From: Natator depressus
Lineage: Eukaryota
DNA length: 64,000 nt
Direction: 5' to 3'
Assembly (NCBI RefSeq): GCF_965152275.1
Contig: NC_134246.1
Coordinates: forward strand, 34,468,151 to 34,532,150
Positions 23,501-38,500 of the stretch are shown here, one piece after another (within the stretch, counting starts at the first letter, position 1; the number at the start of each line of letters is the position of its first letter). The translations under genes were made by a program, and so were the position numbers. The notes beneath the pieces were generated by a model. That model worked only from the letters and a program-made list of their open reading frames with translations. It had not been told where the DNA came from and searched no databases.

Positions 23501-26500
23501 GGTTCCTGGCGGCGAATAAAGTCATCCAGGACATGGAGGAGCAGCTGAGGAAGAAAGGTGAGACCAGGGCTGCCAAGCGGTGACACAAATGAATCGCGAG
23601 ATTTAAAAAAAAAAAATTCGCCTTTCATGGCTGGTCGAATCGCACCGTTACCCTATCCAATAGCAACTGAAACGTACCCTAAATATCTTCAGCTGTTTTC
23701 CTCCATTTACAAATCCAGCGATTGCACTGACAATGCCGAAGACGAAGAGTCCGGGGCTCATGTGAGATTATTAGTTTGGATTACAAATATTTGCACTGTA
23801 GAAAAAGCTACATGTCTCAGCATGAAGGGGCATACAGATGTTTAGTGTATCTGGCACGTAAATACCTTGCCATGCCATGCGAACACCTGTTCTCACTTAA
23901 AGGTGACAGTGTAAATAAACTCACAGCATTATTTCCTGCAAATGTAACACCCGTGTTTGAGCGATCAGCTGAACGAGAAGTAGGACTGAGCAGACTCAGG
24001 TTCTAAAGTTTTACATTGGTTGGTTTCTGAGCGCAGTTGTTATTCTGCATTCGTACAGAGATCACCTGACAGCACTTGTATGATGTGAATAGAAATATTT
24101 GTAATAGAAAATAATCATCACTTTGTATTTTCCATGTGGTAATAGAAATTGATAATTTGAAAATGTAGAAAAGCAGCCAAAAATCTTTGATACATTTCAG
24201 TTGCTACTCTACTGTTGTTTAACGGTGCGATTAAAACTGTGATGAATTACAATTAATTTTGTAAAAAGAAAAGGAGTACTTGTGGCACCTTAGAGACTAA
24301 CACATTTGTTAGTCTCTAAGGTGCCACAAGTACTCCTTTTCTTTTTGCGGATACAGACTAACACAGCTGCTACTCTGAAACCAATTAATTTTGTTAATCC
24401 AGTTAATTTGTTTTGAGTTAATCGCGCCAGTTAACTGTGATTCATTGACAGCACTGAGACCCCGAACAACCAGGGGCAAGAGCAGGGGTGGGCAAACTTT
24501 TTGGCCTGAGGCTCACATCTGGGTATGGAAATTGTATGGGTGTCCATGAATGCTCATGAAACTGGGGGTTGGGGTGCGGGAGGGGGTGTGGGCTCCAGCT
24601 GGGGGTGCGGGGTCTGGAGTGGGCCCAGACATGAGGAGTTCAGGGTGTGGGAAGGGGTTCTGAGCTGGGGTAGGGAGTTGTGATGCAGGTGTGTGTGTGT
24701 GAGGTCTTGGGGTGGGGATGCGGGGTTGGGGGTGCAGGAGGGTGATCCGGGCTGAGACCGAAGGGTTTGGAGGGCAGGAGGGGGATCAGGGCTGGGGCAG
24801 GGGGTTGGGGTGCTGGAAGGGGGCAGGGGTGCAGGCTCCGGGCGGCGCTTACCTTGAACAGCTCCCGGAAGCAGCGGTATGTCCCCTCTCTGGCTCCTAT
24901 GCGGAGATGCGACCAAGCAGCTCTGCATGCTGCCCCGTCCACAGGCACCACCTCTGCACCTCCCATTGGCTGTGAGGGCAGCGCTTGGGGTGGGGGCGGC
25001 ATGCGGAGCCCTCTGGCTGTGTCCTATGCATAGGAGCTAGAAGGGGGACATGCCGCTGCTTCTGGGAGCCACGCGGAGCCACAGCATGCACAGATTGGCC
25101 CATGGGGGGGCAAGCCCCAAACCCGCTCTGCAGCTGGAGCACGGGAACGGGGCAAGACCTGGATCCTGCTCCCTGGCGGGAACTCAAGGGCAAGATTAAA
25201 AAGTCTGAAGGGCTGGATGCGGCCCCTGGGCCGTAGTTTGCCCACCCCTGGGCAAGGGGCACTGGCAGAGCTGTGGGGAGCTCAGGGCTGGGCTAGTAGG
25301 GGCTGTGGGTCAGGAGTGATGGGCACTGTGTCTCTACCCCTCACACCTCCAGACAGCCCCCTCCCCTCTAACGTGGAGCTGCTGCGGGCGCTGCTGAGGC
25401 GTGGGAAGAAGCAGCCGGGGGGCCTGCCTGGGGTGCGGGGGCGGCCGCCCTGGACACGCCGGGAGCTGCGCGCGGCCTTGTCCATCCCAGTCCTCTTCCG
25501 CACTGTGAAGAGCGAAAAGCAGCGGCTGCGGAAGGCCAGGTGAGGGCCCCATGCTGGGCTCCTGGGCATGGCCACAGGGGGGGCAGCAGGGAGGGGGAGG
25601 CTGGGAAGGGGTGGGGTGGGGGGGCTGGTCAGGTCGGGTGCCGGGTTGCAGGGGGAGCTAGGCAGGGGGCAGAAAGGGGGAGCTGGGCAGGTGATGCCAG
25701 GCTGTGGGGGGGGCAGGTGGGGTGCCAGGTTGCAGGGGGGCTGGGCAGGGAGTGCCAGGCTGTGGGGAGGGGGTCAGGGGATGCCAGGCTGTGATGAGGC
25801 AGGTGGGGTGCCAGGCTGCAGGGGGTGCCAGGCTGCAGGGCGGGGGCCTGGGTAGGGGCTCAGCAGTGGCTTGTGCCCCCCAGGGAGCTGCGCCCGGACC
25901 CTGCCCTCCTGCTCCGCTATCGCTGGGCCCTGGACGCCGCCATCCGCATCTCCGCCCGGCACAACCTGCCCCCCCTGCCCGGCCGCACTCTCATCCTCTG
26001 CTGTGCCTCCAGCGCCATGGCGACGCCCTACCACCGGGCCCGGGAGCTGCGTGGTGCCCGGCCAGAGCCCATGACTGTGAGTCGGGGGGGTGGGAGAGCT
26101 GTGCTCACCCCCTGGCAGTGCCCTGTGGAGGTGCGGGGCGCTGCGCTCACCCCGTGGCAGTGCCCGGTGGGGGCGGGGGCAGGGCAGGGTGCTGTGCTCG
26201 CCTCCCTGCAGTGCCCTGTGGGTGGGGCCGTGCCTGGCTCACAGCCCCCCATCTCGCCTAGGCGCTGGAGGTGGCCCTGCTGCTGGGCCTCATGGGCCGG
26301 GCTGTGGCGGAGCAGGCGCGCCTGGTGCTGTATGGCCGCGGCCACTGGGAGGAGGTGCCAGCGCTGGCTGGGTCGCTGCTGGAGAACGTCCAGAGCCTGC
26401 TCCAGCAGGTCCAGGTGAGAGCCCCCCATCCCTCTTCCCCGCCTGTCCCCTAGCTCTTCCCCCGTGCCCGCGGGGAGTCCCCCGCCGGGCCCGGCCTGGC

Positions 26501-29500
26501 ACCACATCTCACCCCATCTCTTTCCCAGGCCACAATGCAGCCGAGCAGCAGCTCTAGCACCGTCAGTGACGTCCTCTGGGACCTGGTGGCTCGTGGGGAG
26601 CCGGTGAGTCTGGGCTGTGGATCTAGAGTCAGGGGCACTGGCAGAGCTGGGGGGGGCAGGGCTGGGTTAGCAGGGGCTGCGCATCGGGAGTGAGGAGCAC
26701 TGGCAGAGCTGGAGGGGCTTTGGGCTGGGCTGGCAAAGGGCTGCAGGTCGGGAGTGAGGGGCAATGTTGAGGGTGGGGGCCCACAGCTGGGCGCAGACTG
26801 ACAGTATCCCCTTCCCCCCCCCCCCCCCACAGGTGGACACCCTGCTCGTGCTGAGCCCCAGCTCTGAGGCCCCCCTGGCCGGCCCTGCCCTGCGGCTGAT
26901 GCGGGATCGTGTCGCCCCCCGCTGCCTCTTTGTGAACCTCTGCCTAGATCCCTGGGGGTATGAACCCGCCCCTCCCCCACACCCCACTGTATCCCCTTGG
27001 GGGTGAGGACACCCCCTTGTTCCCTGCCTGTAGCCTGCGGGGTAGGGGGTTCTAGGGCCTTGCCCAGGCTGTGCCCTGGGGGTTTCTGGGAGGGGAGGGG
27101 GAATCCCTGGGACTCCAGGGGGCTGGGGCCAGGGGCCTCTCTGTGGGGAGGGGAGGGAGTATTCCCTGTGGCTTGGGGAGGGAGCGGGGCTCCCTGTGGC
27201 TCCGGGAGGGTCGGGAGAGTTCCCCGGGCCGCCCCACGGCTGAGGCGGCCCCGCCCGTGTCATTGCAGGCTCCAGGGGACCCCCGTGGATGAGGTGGAGC
27301 TGGCTGGGTTCAGTGAGCAGGTGCTCAGGTGAGTCTCAGCCTTACGGGGTGGCGGGTGGGGGGGTCACGTGAGCCAGGTGTGTAACTGCCCCCACCCCAA
27401 CGCAGGTTCCTGGCTGTGCGCGGCGTCTCCCATCTGCTGGAGCACGTGGGCAGGATGGACGAGATCCATGGGCTGCCCCCCCAGCCGGGGGCGCCCTGTG
27501 GGCACCCAGAGCTTCCTCCCGCCTCCCCCGCCCCCCGGAGCAGGTGAGAGGTCGGCTGGGCCTGCAGGCAGTCAGGGGGCTGGGAAGAGAGCAGGCAGGG
27601 GACTGATTCTCTGGGGTGTGGGAGGGAGTTGGGGGGGGGGGACCTAGGGCTGAGCTGGAGAGGGAGGGACCGGGTTGGGTGGTCTGGGACTGGTCCAGGC
27701 AAGGCGGGAGACAGTGGGGCCCATCTGGTGGGGAGGGACTGGGTTGGTGGGTCTGGCTCTGGTCTGGGAGGGGCCACCGGCTTGGAGGACAATGGGGCCT
27801 GCGGCGGGGGGGGGAGGGACCTATTCGGGAGGACAGGTACTGGTGGGGGGCAACAGAGGGGTCCATCATGGGGCAGGGGCCAGTGGGGTGGTGACAGTGG
27901 GGTCCATCGGGGGGCAGGGACAGAGGGGCCCATCGGGGGGCAGGGACCGGTGGGGGGCTGGGACCGGTCCAGGAGGGGAGTAGGGACTTGTTAAGGGATA
28001 GAGGGACCCATCGGGGGGGCAGGGGCCGGTGGGTGGCTAGGGCCCGGCCGGGCTCCCCCAGCTGGGGTCTGATGGGTCCCTCCCCAGGTGGCGCAGCGTC
28101 CGCGTGTTCATCTCGTCGCCAGTGCGGGACATGCAGGGCGAGCGGGACGTGCTGCTCCGGGCCGTGCTGCCCGCCCTGCGCGCCCGTGCCGCTCCCCACC
28201 GCTTGGCACTGCAGGAGATCGACCTGCGCTGGGGCATCACCGAGCAGGAGGCGCGGCAGGAGCGGTAGGCGCTCACCCTGCGGGCGGAAGGTTTGGGGGG
28301 GGAGGGGGCACTGTGCTGCAGAGAGTGGAGCAGGGGGTGCTGTGCTGAGGGGAGTCTGGGGGGAACTGGGCTGACTTGGGGAGCTGGGTGGTGCCATGCT
28401 GGGGTGCGGGGCTCAGTGGGGGGCCCCCTTGGTGCTGACCCTGGTCTCTCTCCCCACACAGGCAGCTGGAACTGTGCCTCTCGGAGGTGGCCCGGAGCCA
28501 GCTCTTTGTGGGCATTTTGGGAGACCGTTACGGCTACGTGCCCCGAGAATACGCCCTGCTGGACGCCCCCCAGTACGAGTGGGTGAGCACTGCCAGCACC
28601 CCATCAGTTGTATCGGGGTGCAGGGGACGAGAAGACGGTGCCCCTCGCACCCAGCTGGTGACTGACACCGCCCTGCAGCCCCCTTGCCTGCGGGAACCTG
28701 GCCTCTGAGCCTTCCCTCACAGTTGGTGGAAACAGTGGGATTTTGCTTTATTTGACTCTGGACAGTCATGTGTAGTGCTGTGGCCTCCCTCACCCAGTCT
28801 GCGGAACGGGGCACCCTGCACAGTGGCCTCTGGTACATACTGGCATTGGCATTCTGCCACCCCACCCACGTCCCTGTGCTGAGTCACTCCTCTCAGGATT
28901 GGGCAGCCTGGGAAGTGGCTTGCGATACTGGGCATGAGGCATGGTGTTGTCTTTTCCGTGGCCAGATGATGTGCTGCTCTCATTACGCCAGGGAGTGGCC
29001 AGCTGGGCAGTGCTCCCTGTGCCGGAGGGTTCCAGTAGTTGGTGAAATTGGTGTAGCAGTGGCATCGCTCCCACTAGGACAGTATAAAGTCACTGGAGGG
29101 GTTATTCTGTCAGCCCACGCCTGGCTTCGTAGCATGTTGGAGCCTGCCAGGGTGTCCTGTACCCCGGGGGTAGAGGCAGAGCTTGGGTGTCTCAGAATAG
29201 TGCTGGTAGGAGTGGTGGGATCCCTTCTGGTGATGGGGTGAAGCACAGAAGAGGGGCTCTGGTGCAGGCCTGTAAACATGCTGCCTAGCTTCATGCTCCA
29301 GAAGTTTTGCATCCAGGGACGGGAGCCTCTGAGGTGGCCAAGGACAATGGGAAGCCCCCAGTTCTGCTGAGGTTGGTGGGTGAGGTGGGATCCAGGCTCA
29401 TCTCAGCACAAAGCTCTTTGTGGCTGGCGCTGGCCTAGGCCTGCTGGCCGTGTCCACACAGCATGGGGCTCACAGACACAGGGACCCATGGTGGAGACAA

Positions 29501-32500
29501 GTTGGGGGAAGCCGGGCATCCCACTTCACAGTGGCCCAGGTGTGTTTCTTCCCCATGATGCCTGTTAGTCTAACCCTGCCTGAGAGCCATTCTGCCTGTG
29601 GGCTGGTGTGGCTGGCCTTTGCTTTGTGGCTCAATTGGTGGGAGTGGTGGGATCCCTCTGGGTAACAGGCTCGATCCCACGACGTGGGGGCTGACGATGG
29701 AGTCCCGTGTGCCATCGCTGCAGGTGAAGTCGTACCCTCGGGGCCGCTCCATCACCGAGCTGGAGGTCATGCAGTTCCTCAGCAGCCAGCGCGACTCCGG
29801 TTCTGCTGCCCAGGCATTCTTCTACCTCCGCGAGCCAGATTTCCTTGGGTAATTGTGCACCTGTTCCCCTCCTATCCGGCCCCATGGCAAGGACTGGCTG
29901 GCTTGCGGGGGAGGGAGGGAATGGGACATGGGGCCTGTCCCCTCTAGGGGACACCGATCCAGCCCCGTAATGGGGGGCTGCCTGGCTTGGGGGATGGGGA
30001 ACAGGGCCTTTCCCCTCTAGGGGGTGCTGATCCAGCCCCATGGTGGGGGGGCTGGCTGGCTCAGGGGGCAGGAACGGGACATGGGGCCCCTGACCTGTCT
30101 GTGGTGGGGCAGGTCCGTGCCAGAAGCCTGGAGGGCGGATTTCGTGGCAGAGTCAGAGGACGCTCGTCACCGAATGGAGGATCTGAAGGAGCGTCTGGGC
30201 CAGCGCCTGGGGGTGGCATCTGTCAGCAGGTAACAGGCCAGGAGATTGGTGGGTGTGGTGGGATCGCTGGGCCCCACAGTGTCTCCCTCATGGTCTTGCT
30301 CTCTCCCCCTAGGTACTCCTGCCAGTGGGGTGGCGTGGCTCAGGGCCGGCCGTATGTCAAGGGGCTGGAGGAGTTTGGGGCCCGGGTGCTGCAGGATCTG
30401 TGGGGCGCCCTCCAACGCCAGTTCCTTCAGGTAATGCGACTTGCTGTCTCTGGCGGGGAGGGAGTGGGGCCTAGTGGTTAGAGTGGAGGGTGCTGGGAGC
30501 CCGGACTCCTGGGTTCACGCTGATACCTGTGTCTGCCCCTGCCCCCCCAGGACGAGTCGGAGCCCCCTGGGGGCGAGGAGGAGGAGGGGCAGGAGCTGCA
30601 AGATGCCTTCCAGGACTTCCAGCAGCGCCAGTTCTGTGCCCGGGAAAAGCTGCTGGGCACCGTGGCCGGGCGGGTGCGGGAGAGTCAGCCCCCCCGCCGT
30701 GGGACAGGGGGCGGGCTCTACGTGGTGACAGGCGAGCCTGGCGATGGCAAGACTGTCTTCATGGTGAGGCTGGGGGGGGGAGCCTTGGGGCACCCAGTGG
30801 GCAATGGGGGGAGGAGTCTGGGGGCAGAAAGTCGAGGGGCTTGGTGATGGATTGTAGGCAGGGCCTGCAGGGGGCAGGGTCTGGGTCTGCTTCATAAAGC
30901 CTGGTGGGTGGGGCCGGGGGGAGGGGATGGGATCTGGCTGTGCTGGGTTGTGGTGGGAGGGGCCTGGAGAGGCCCCACCCCGAGTTGATCCACTGTCCAT
31001 TCCCCAGGCGGCGCTGGCGCGGGAGCTGAGCACCCATCCCCCGGCCCAGGACGCCTCCCCCACCCGCTGCCTGGTCGTCTCTCACTTCACTGGGGCCCGG
31101 CCGGACCAGGCCAGTGCCAGGGTGATGCTGAGCCAGCTGTGTGCCCGCCTGAGCCGCCTGCTTGGCCAGCCGGCCCCACCCCCTGCCAGCTACAGGTCAG
31201 GATGCCTGGGTTCCCTCCTGGCCCTGGGTGGGAGTGGGATCTAATGGTTAGAGCGGGGGAAGGGGGGGTGGGGCTGGGAGTCAGGATTCCTGGTATCCCT
31301 CTTGGTACTGGGTGGGAGTGGGTTCGAGCGGTTAGAGCAGCGGGGCTGGGACCCAGGACTCCTGGATTCTCTCCCCGGCTCTGGAGGGAAGTGGTGTCTA
31401 GGGGTTAAAGCTGGGGGCTGGGTTGCCTGGGTCCCATCCATGCCTGTCCCTTGCAGGGGACTGGTATGCTGTCTGGAGTCCCTCCTGCCCGCGGTGGCCG
31501 GGTCACTCCGGGGAGCCCAGCGCCTGGCCGTGCTGCTCGACGGGGCTGACCAGATCCACGGGGACAGTGGGCAGCCCGTCTCCGACTGGCTCCCGGCGCG
31601 GCTACCCCCGGTAAGTCCAGCACCCCCGCCCATGGGGGGACCCCCCCCCCCCCCCCGCCAATCCCGCTCACCTCACCATCCGCTCAGCCCCTCTCTTCTC
31701 CCCACAGCGTGTGAGCCTGGTTCTGAGCATCGGCGAGGACTCCGGACTCCTGGGTTCCCTACAGCAACGGGCAGATTCAGTCGTCATTCCCCTGGGATCC
31801 CTGGACCCCTGCGACCGGGCTGGGCTGGTCCGCCGGGACCTCGCCCTGTATGGCAAGAAGCTGGAGGAGACAGCGTTCAACAACCAGGTGGGGAGGTGCC
31901 TGAGTGCCTGGGTCCTCTGTCAGGGGCGCGGCGTCTAGTGGTTAGAGTGGGGGAGAGGCTGGGAGCCAGGACTCCTGGGTTCTATCCCAGCACTGGGAGG
32001 GGAGTGAGGTCCAGTGGTTGGAGCACGGGTGGGTTGGGAGATGGACTCCTGGGTTCTCTCCAGCTCTGGCTGGGTGGGGTGGGGGCACTGGCTGTCGCTC
32101 AGGGACTCCCTGCCTGCTGTGACCCTGTCTCTCTTTCCAGATGCGGTTGGTGCTACTGAAGCGCGGTGCCCGGCAGCCCCTCTACCTGGCGCTGCTCACC
32201 CAGGACCTGCGAGCCTTCACCCTCTATGAAAAGGTGCCTTAGCCCCGCAGGGGGACCCAGGCTTCGCCCTTCTAGGGACCCTAGGGGAGGGGCTGGGACA
32301 GAAGGGGACCCAGGCATCCAGGCTTGTGACATGGATCTGTTCCCGCGAGGGACCCTAAGGGAGAGGTCAGGATGGAAGGGGATCCAGGCATCTGGGCCAC
32401 CGGCATGGGTTTTTACCCTCTAGGGACCCTAGGGAGGTGCCAGGATGGAAGAGGACCCAGGCGTCCGCGCTGGCAGTGCAGGACTCTCCCTTCTAGGGAC

Positions 32501-35500
32501 CCCAGGGGAGGGATGGGGACAGAAGGGGACCCAGGCATCTGGGCTGGCAGCACAGGGCTCTCCGATCCCCTCAGGGTCCTGTGTCCCTCCCTCCAGGTCT
32601 CAGAGAGGATCCAGACGCTGCCCCCAGCGCTGCCCGCCCTGCTCCAGCACATGCTGGGCTGCCTGGAGCAGGAGCATGGGGCCGAGCCGGTGGCCATGGC
32701 TGTCACCGCCCTCTGGGCCAGCAAGGACGGTAAGAGACAGCTGGGGGTGCTAGGCGGCGGCAATGGGCGCTGCTACCAGGCCCTGCACCCCAGAGCTGGT
32801 TGCATCTCAGCGCCCGGTGAGCTGTCTTTTTGAAGTGTTATATGTGGCTGTTCCCCAGCTGCCCTGCCCCAGAGCTGGCTGCATTTCAGCACCAGGCGAG
32901 CTGTCCGTTTGCCATTATATGCAGCTGTCACTGAGCCTCCCTGCGCCACCCCAGAGCTAGCTGCATCTCAGCACTGGGTGAGCCATCCCTGGAGTGGGAG
33001 TCCCTGGAGATGCATCCCTGACCCTTGCTCCTCTGTCCCCCGCAGGCCTGCTGGAGCGCGATCTCCTCGCCGTGCTCACCACGTGGAAGGAGCTGGGCGG
33101 GGCACCCATCACCTGGGAGGGAGGCATGGCTGCTGGGGGCCACGCGGCGACCATCCCCAAAGCCCCGATTTATTCCCTGATGAGGAGCCTGAGGGGGTGA
33201 GTGGAGGCCAGGACGCCTGGGTTCTCTCCTGGGTCTGTGAGGGGAGTGGGGTCTAATGGTTACAGTTGGGTGGGTGGGTCTGGGACCCCAGACGCCTGAG
33301 TTCTCTCTGGCTCTGGGAGTGGAGTGGGGGCTAGTGGTTAGAGCAGGGGGGACTGGGAGCCCGGACTCCTGGGTTCTCTCCAACTCTGAGAGGGGAGTGG
33401 ACTGGGAGTTGGGGGGCTGGGATCTCGCATGCCTGGGTTCTCTCTGGCTCTGGCAGGGCCCTGGGACTTGGCCCTGAGTTCTGTTGCAGTCCGTTGATGG
33501 CCAGGAGCCAGTGTTCTCTGTCCCCTGTCTGTCCCCCCCAGGCTGGCGGGGGTGTGTGGGGCCCCCTCAGAGGCCCCTGGCTCGCGGCTCCACCTCTGTG
33601 GTGTCCCCCTGCGGACGGCGGTGGAACGGCGCTACCTGAAGGACCCGGGCCTGGAGCGAGCAGCTCACGCTCTGATAGCAGGTCAGGGAGTCGCCCTGTG
33701 GGGTTCAGGGCCAGGGGAGGCCCTGGGGGGGTGTGTGGGCCGGGCCTGTGACACCCCCCCCCCCACCGGCCGAGGGGTGCTGAGCATTCTGGGTGACAGT
33801 CTCTCCCCCACCCCCAGCTCATCTCTGGAAACTCTGCGACCCGTACGTGCCCTGGAGCTTCCAGGGCAGCGAGGCCGGGCCCCTGGTGGCTCTGCCCTAC
33901 CACTTGGTAGGTATGGGGCACTGGGGGGGCCTCGGCAGTGGGCAGGGTGGGGGCTGGGTGGGGGGGCAGGATTGGGCAGATGGGGTGAGGTGGGGAACTC
34001 GGGAGTGGCTGGGCAGGAGCTGGGGTGGGGCAGGAGGGGAGGGCGGGAGGCAGGGGACAGGGCTCAGTGTGGCAGGGGCTGGGGCTTGGCGAGGGTGGGC
34101 TGGGTGGGCAGAACCCCTGGGTGACCTCGCTGTTCCAGCAGGTCTGCGCTGGACGCCCCGACCTCCTGGGCTCCCTCCTGACCAACCTGCACTTTGTGGC
34201 AGCCCACGTCCGGCTGGGGCTGCTGCCCGCACTGGGCCGTGCCTACGCCCTGCACGGTGAGCAAGGAGTGGGGGGCACCTCTGGGGGCTGCTAGTCAGGA
34301 GCCAGCCCTGTGCGGAGGGGGGGCTGTCCACAGGGGCACAGGGAGGTGCCTTGGTGTAATTGTGGAGGGGGGGCTGGGGCTGCAGGGGGGGGAATGGGAG
34401 GCATGGGGGGGCTGCAGGGGGCTGAAATGGGGAGGTTGGGGGCTGCCGTGGGGGGAATGGGATGCATGAGGGGGCTACCGGAGGGCTGGGGGAGTGGGAG
34501 GCATGGGGGGACTGCCGGGGTGGGGAATGGGATGCATGGGGGGGCTGCCGGGGGGGGAATGGGAGGTGTGTGGGGGGGCTACCAGGGGCTGAAATGGGGC
34601 TGCCAGGGGGCTCCCAGGGTGCTGGGGGCTGTTGTACCCCCCGCCACAGACGTCTCCCCCGCAGCGGGCAGTGCCCAGCCCCCGGGCGAGGTGGGCGCAT
34701 TCCGTGCGATGGTGCAGGCGGGTGCGGCCCTGCTCTCCCAGAACCCGGCACTCCTGCCCCAGCTGGCAGCCAATGCTCCCGACGGCTCCTCGCTGGGCGC
34801 CCAGGCCCAGGCCCTGGCCCCCCCTGGAGGGCGACTGCTGCTCTGGCATAACAAGGCCCAGGACACCCCCCACCCCGACAGGTAACGGGGCTACCATGGG
34901 TAGGAGGGCCCCTGCCCCTCCCCCATCTCAGGATGCCTTCTCCTCCCCCCGGGCACCCACCTGCCCCTCACCCCAGTGTCTGGGCGCCCCCTTTTCCCCC
35001 CACGCCCTTTTCCCCTCTCCCCCCAGCACCCACCTGCCCCTCCCATGGGCCCCTGCCCCTCCCCCCCCCCCCCCCCCCGAGTCCCCAGGGCGCCGGCCCT
35101 GCTCCCGGCTGAGTTGGTCCATGGCCTGGGGCACCTGTGCTGGGTTGGGGGGACCCTTCTGTGACCTGGGGGGATGAGGTATGCAGGTCCCATGGACTGG
35201 GGAAGGCTGCAGGGCTGGGAGCCTGGCTTGTGGGGGCTGCACATCTCTGCCTTCGGGCTGGGTCCCTGTGGGGCTAGGGAGCTCCATTGGGGGAGGGGAG
35301 GGGTCCCTGGGGGGGCATGGTGTCCTGGGTTGGGGGGGCTGCCTGTCTCCAAGCTCAGGGGGTGGGCAGTGCTGGGTGCCCGGCCATTCCGGGGCCTTGT
35401 TCCCCCCTGATCTCTTCCCCCCCCCCCCACACATCCCCAGCATTGCCCTGGCCCTGCCTACGTCCCCCACCTGTGTGGCCGTCTCCCACTGCGGGCGCCA

Positions 35501-38500
35501 GGCCGCCGTGGGCAGCACCGATGGGACCCTGCACCTGCTGGACATACAGAGCGGCCAGGTACCGGGGGTGGGGGGCAGGGCAGATTCAGGGGATCTCTGG
35601 CCATGGGAAGACACTGTGGGGCTGCTTGGTTTGGAGGCAGGGGCAGAGGGAGCTGGGGGGGCAGGAAGGGAGGGGGGGCTAGGGAGCAGGAGGGGAAGCG
35701 GGGGGGGGGCAGGCTGAGAGGCAGGGGAGCTGGGGAAAGGCCAAGGGATAGGCTGGGGAGTTGGGGGGCAGGCTGGGGAGCTGGGGATAGGCTGGGGGCA
35801 GGAGAAGCCGGGGGGCAGGCAGGGGGCTCTGCAGGCTCACACCACCCCCTCTTGCTCCCAGGAGCTGAAGACCCTGCTGAGCGGCGGCACTGGGATCTCA
35901 GCCTGCGTCTTCCTGGCCGACAGGACCCTCTGCCTGGGCACCTTCGCCGGGGGGCTGGAGATCTGGGCCCTGCGTGAGGGCAGCAGGTACTATCAGGGTG
36001 TGGGGGGAAGGGCTGCCCCTCCAGGGGGCGCCGGCCATGATACAGCCCAGGGGATAGTGGGGGAGCTGGTTTGGGGGGTGATGGCGGGGACATCACATGA
36101 ATCTCTCTCCTTTCCAGGCTCCTGGCTACTGATGCTCACCGGGGCCGGGTCACGGGCTGTTGTGTCAGCCCTGATCGCAGACAGCTGGCCAGCGTCTCCC
36201 TGGATGGGCACCTGAAGGTACCAGCTACAGTCACCCCCCCGCCCTCCCTGTTCTAACCAATAGCCCCCACTCCCCTCCCCCAGCCGGGAGAGAATCCAGG
36301 CGCCCAGCTCTGGTTCTGACCCGCTGTCCTGTCTCTGCCAGCTGTGGGACTCTGCCCAGGGGCACCTGACCTGGGAGCTGGATCTCTCCTGCCCCTTGAA
36401 CTGTGCCGCCTTCCACCCCGATGGGCAGCTGGTGGCCACCGGGGGCTGGGATGGCGCCGTGACCATCCTGGGCCTGCAGAACCGGAGCGTGAGCTTGGTA
36501 TGGGGCACAGAGCGGTAGTGGCAGGGCTGGGAGCCCAGGGCTGGACTAGCAGGGGCGGCGGATTGGGAGTAAGGGGCACCACCAGGGCTGGGGGTGGTGA
36601 GGCTGGGCAAGGAGGGGCTGCGGGTTGGGAGTGAGGGGCACCGGCGGGTCTGGGGCCCCAGGGCTGGGCTGGCAGGGTCTGCGGGTCGGGAGTGAGGGGC
36701 ACCAGCTGGGCGGGCTGGGCTGTGACTCTGGCTCCCCCTGCAGGTTCTCTCAGGCCACGATGCTTCCATCCGCGCCGTGTCCTTCTCCCCTGCGGGCACC
36801 GTGCTGGCATCCGGCTGCCTGGCCGGGACGGTGCGTCTCTGGTCCTGGCGGGAGGCCGTGAGCCTGGCCACGTTCCCGGCACACCGGGGCTTCGTCTCCG
36901 AGGTCAAGTTCCTCTCCGGGGGTCAGGTCCTCCTCACGGCGGGCGAGGACACAAAGGTGCTGCGGGTTGGGAGTGAGAGGCACCAGCAGAGCTGGGCGGG
37001 GGCATGGGTCGGCTAGTAGGGGGCTGCGGATCGGCAGGGCTGAGCTAGCAGGGGGTCTGGGTCTGGAGTGAGGGGTGCTGGCAGAGCTGGGGGAGGGGTC
37101 AGGGGCTATGGGTTGGGAATGAGGGGCACCAGCAGGGTTGGGTGTGTGGGGGGGTGTAACGATGCTGGTTCTGGCGGGACTCAACTGAGAGAGGCAATTC
37201 AGGACAAATTGCTCAAAGCAGGGCAGTTACAGCCCAAGGCTGGGGTTTCTATCCACACCAAGGCAAACCAAAGCAGCCAAACAGAGAAGACTTTGGTTTT
37301 ACCCCCCTGGCTAACCACAAGTCACACAAGCAATTCCCTAGACACTCCAGTTTCCCAGTATCCCCACCAGTGCCCCTCGTTATGGGGACAGATGGTTATG
37401 AAAACCAGTACCGCAGGGAAAGAAAAAGGGTTCTCTTGATCACAAAGGACCCAGACCCAGGTCAATATACAAATCAGATCTTACCCACAAATCACGCTGC
37501 TGCTAATCCTTTAGAATCTAAAATCTAAAGGCTTATTCATAAAAGGAAAAGCTGTAGATGAGAGCTAAAATTGGTTAAATGGAAACAATTACATATAGTC
37601 ATGGCAAAGTGCCTGGCTCTGGCTTGCAGCAGTGATGGAATAAACTGCAGGTTCAAATCAAGTCTCTGGAGCACATCCACCGCTGGGAGGGGTCATTCAG
37701 TCCTTCGTTCAAAGCTTCAGTGTCGCAGAGTCCCTCCAGAGGTATGAAGCAGGACTGAAGAAGACCAGACGGAGGAGCTGCAGCAGCTTTTTGTAGTCTT
37801 TTGCCATGTGGTCTCTCTTTCTTTCTCCCAAAGACAAGCTGTCCCTCACATGGCCTGGAAACACCTCAGAGTTCTCTCCATAGGCAGATCCCCGCACACC
37901 TTGCTGAGTCCCCAGGCGTGTCTGCCTTCTCTCAATGGGTCACTTGTATCGCTGATGGTCCTTAATGGGCCATCAAGCAGGCTAGGCAGAGCTGACACCA
38001 ATTTCTCTGGGGTGTCACCCAGAAGCATAGCATAAGTTTGAACTACAGACAGTATAGAGCCAATACTTATAACTTTAAATACAAAAATGATACATGCATA
38101 TAGACAGCATAATCCTAACCAGCAAACCATAACCTTGTCTTAGACACCTTATTTGACCCCCTTTATACAAGATTTCGTGCCACTACAGGACCTTGGTTGC
38201 AACCATGTTCTGTATGGTCCCAGTTGAAGTCCATAACATGAGGAGGGGGCACAGCACTAACTGCTGATCTGTGGCCTAGGTCCAGCTCTGGCCGGGGCAC
38301 CTGGGCTGTGCCTGGGGCGCTCTGGGCTTGGGGCCGCTTTCTCCAGCCCTCTGCGTGGCCCCCAACCCCGCCGGCACCCTGCTCGCTGTGGGGCACCATT
38401 CAGATGATGTTTGGGTCTACGGCACCCCCTGGGGTAAGCGCCCAGACGCCTGGGCTCTGTCCCAGCTCGGGGGTGGGGTGGGGGGGATGAGGTCTAGTGG

